Shown one piece after another: positions 30,127 to 32,000 of a stretch of 32,000 nucleotides of DNA (position 1 is its first letter; every line of letters begins with the position of its first letter). Location of the stretch: the NCBI RefSeq assembly GCF_004365815.1, contig NZ_SODD01000022.1, forward strand, positions 1 through 32,000. The letters run 5' to 3'. A model generated the notes under the pieces. It did no database searches, was not told the DNA's origin, and saw only the letters and a list, made by a program, of their open reading frames with translations. The position numbers and the translations under genes were made by a program. The DNA is from Breznakia blatticola. GTDB lineage: Bacteria; Bacillota_I; Bacilli_A; Erysipelotrichales; Erysipelotrichaceae.

Positions 30127-30960
30127 CTATTGGTTAATTTTACTGATTTCTACATCAAGAACTTCCACTTGGAAGTTTGAATATAAATCATCGTAGTATT
30201 CCACATGTTTTAGTTGATCATGGTGATCCACAATGAATACTGCTTTGACAAGGTTTTCAATCTCGTAAATATACGTACCTGTATATCTTGCAAAATTACG
30301 TAATTTAAAGTCTGATAGCAACTCGAAACCTTTGAGTTGTTTTTCTTTAGCAAGACGTAATTGTGTATACACGGGTTCATTTGTGATGAGATAAAACTTC
30401 ACATCTGGATATTTTTCGAGTAGAACTTCTAAGCGTTTGGCATCTTTGATCATTGCATTATCTTCAAGTGAAGGTAGTGTAATGTATACTTTTGGTTCGC
30501 GAATGTCATGTAAATCAAGCACTTCTTCCAGCGGATTCATAATTTCAATACTTGGAAATACAAAACCTGTTTCTAAAGGTTCAAGATTTCGAGTGTAAAA
30601 TACCTCAGTTGTTTTTAGCGTCACATCTTTATGCTGACGTTGTTTGCTTTCCTTTGGCTTTTGCACAGGTGCTTGTTTTTGTGGTTGTGGTTTACGATTT
30701 TGTTTCTGCTGTGGCTTTTGATTTGGATGATTGGATCTACGTTGCTGTGGATTGACATTTGATTTGCTTAATTTCGTTCCATTGCTACGACTATGTTTTG
30801 GTTTAGTCTTTACTGGTTGTTCCTGTTTTGTAGGCTGTTGTACCTTTTTTTCAGGTTTAGCAGTACTTGTTTGTTTCTTTTTATCTGTATGATATTTCTT
30901 ATTTTTATTATAAGATTTTTGATTCTTGTTTGACTTTTGTGTAGTCTCTTTCTTTTCCAT
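30127..30960 (-). CDS. Protein with a ~110-aa lysine/glutamine/proline-rich basic N-terminal tail and a C-terminal thiol-peroxidase (Tpx/redoxin)-like domain lacking all cysteines
   Basis: 277 aa. AGGAGA RBS present. The C-terminal approx. 160 aa aligns by eye with Tpx: KVYITLPSLEDNAM against PSIDTGVC, then LSDF..RNFARYTG and KAVFIVDHHDQLKHVEY. The whole protein contains no Cys. Confidence 0.55.
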   Translation of the reverse strand: MEKKETTQKSNKNQKSYNKNKKYHTDKKKQTSTAKPEKKVQQPTKQEQPVKTKPKHSRSNGTKLSKSNVNPQQRRSNHPNQKPQQKQNRKPQPQKQAPVQKPKESKQRQHKDVTLKTTEVFYTRNLEPLETGFVFPSIEIMNPLEEVLDLHDIREPKVYITLPSLEDNAMIKDAKRLEVLLEKYPDVKFYLITNEPVYTQLRLAKEKQLKGFELLSDFKLRNFARYTGTYIYEIENLVKAVFIVDHHDQLKHVEYYDDLYSNFQVEVLDVEISKINQ

Positions 30961-31093
30961 GAATACGTCTCCTGTTAATGTTATTATTATACACTAAAAT
31001 AGGCGATGTTTGAAATGTGAATAAATTCGCAAAGCACTTTAATTACAAAAAACAAAGTGATATAATAAACACGTTACGAAATAGGAGGCTATT

Positions 31094-32000
31094 ATGGCAA
31101 AAAGAACTGTTAAAGATTTAGATGTAGCTGGAAAGCGCGTCATTTGTCGTTGTGATTTCAACGTTCCTAGAAAAGATGGAGTAATCACTGATGACAACCG
31201 AATTGTACAAGCATTACCTACAATTCAATACCTAATTGATAATAAAGCGAAAGTTATCTTAATGTCTCACTTAGGAAAAATTAAAACTGAAGAAGACAAA
31301 GCAAAAAACTCATTAGAAGTTGTTGCTGCTGACTTAGCAAAAAAATTGCCTGGAGTTAATGTTACATTCTGTCCAGTAACTCGTGGTGCAGAATTAGAAG
31401 ATATGGTTGCCAACTTAAAAGATGGTGACGTATTACTTATGCAAAACACTCGTTACGAAGCAGGAGAAACAAAAAATGATCCTGAATTATCTAAATACTG
31501 GGCAAGCTTAGGAGACTTATTTGTTGAAAACGCATTTGGTTCTGTTCACCGTGCTCACGCTTCAACAGTAGGAATCCCTTCAATTTTACCAAATGCATTA
31601 GGATTCTTAGTAGAAAAAGAAGTAGATATGCTTGGTAAAGCAGTAGATAACCCAGTTCACCCATTTGTTGCTATCATTGGGGGAGCAAAAGTATCTGATA
31701 AAATCATGGTAGTTGAAAACTTACTTAAAAAAGCTGACAAAGTTATTGTTGGTGGAGGTATGGCTTACACATTCCTTAAAGCACAAGGAATTGAAGTTGG
31801 TAACTCATTAGTAGAAGAAGATAAAATTGAATTAGCTAAAGAATACTTAGCAAAAGCTGGAGACAAACTTGTATTACCTGTTGACAGTGTATGTGCTGAC
31901 AAATTTGCTGCTGATGCAAACACACAAGTAATCGAAGGAAACATTCCTGAAGGATGGATGGGACTAGATATTGGACCTAAATCAATCGCATTATTTGAAG
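31094..32000 (+). CDS. pgk: Phosphoglycerate kinase, 5' partial (runs off the window end)
   Basis: [25 protein letters not shown]...ILMSHLGK...[11 protein letters not shown]...[11 protein letters not shown]...GGGMAYTF are canonical PGK motifs. AGGAGG RBS present. No stop codon before 32000, which explains its absence from the ORF track. Confidence 0.95.
   Translation, partial: MAKRTVKDLDVAGKRVICRCDFNVPRKDGVITDDNRIVQALPTIQYLIDNKAKVILMSHLGKIKTEEDKAKNSLEVVAADLAKKLPGVNVTFCPVTRGAELEDMVANLKDGDVLLMQNTRYEAGETKNDPELSKYWASLGDLFVENAFGSVHRAHASTVGIPSILPNALGFLVEKEVDMLGKAVDNPVHPFVAIIGGAKVSDKIMVVENLLKKADKVIVGGGMAYTFLKAQGIEVGNSLVEEDKIELAKEYLAKAGDKLVLPVDSVCADKFAADANTQVIEGNIPEGWMGLDIGPKSIALFE

Noticed and set aside
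30600-30960. Possible DNA tandem repeat underlying the K/Q/P-rich tail of the Tpx-like protein
   Set aside because: The region is compositionally biased, but I could not find a consistent repeat unit or periodicity. I treat it as low-complexity coding sequence, not a tandem repeat or contingency locus.
29818-31449. ORFs 29818-30003(-), 29927-30109(-), 30552-30755(+) and 31267-31449(-)
   Set aside because: They are antisense to the SOR, Tpx-like and pgk genes respectively.

Overview
Visibly AT-rich chromosomal segment from a low-GC Firmicute. Gene content and protein style suggest an anaerobic, gut-type Erysipelotrichia/Clostridia-like organism, but that is a guess. No rRNA, tRNA, CRISPR array, transposase or integrase was recognised. 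Layout, left to right. (1) 0.4-10.2 kb holds two beta-glucoside/cellobiose-type PTS loci: EIIB-EIIC-GH1; an RpiR regulator; then GH1-RDD-EIIC-AEC-EIIB-EIIA. A decayed UvrD-like helicase remnant lies between them. (2) 10.4-10.7 kb is a truncated alpha/beta-hydrolase remnant. (3) 11.0-14.3 kb is a translationally coupled SNF2-family ATPase + SWIM zinc-finger gene pair of unknown function. (4) 14.6-22.5 kb is a four-gene, tightly overlapping operon of 502/371/1334/429 aa. Its sizes, order and motifs (SMC/ABC-type ATPase heads around a very long coiled coil; C-terminal Toprim E...DxD protein) match a type II Wadjet (JetABCD / EptABCD, MksBEFG-like) anti-plasmid system. (5) 22.9-24.0 kb carries a lipoprotein and a small membrane protein on the minus strand. 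(6) 24.2-28.9 kb is an alpha-galactoside locus: GH36 alpha-galactosidase, divergent AraC regulator and GPH symporter. Its two promoters share an exact 17-mer plus cre-like boxes. (7) 28.9-32.0 kb carries a YczE-like membrane protein, a superoxide reductase, a cysteine-free Tpx-like protein with a long basic tail, and the 5' part of pgk. The best candidate for something undescribed is the SNF2+SWIM pair sitting directly upstream of Wadjet, inside a ~12 kb insert that interrupts sugar-utilisation genes. All family assignments come from motifs read by eye. No database search was run.
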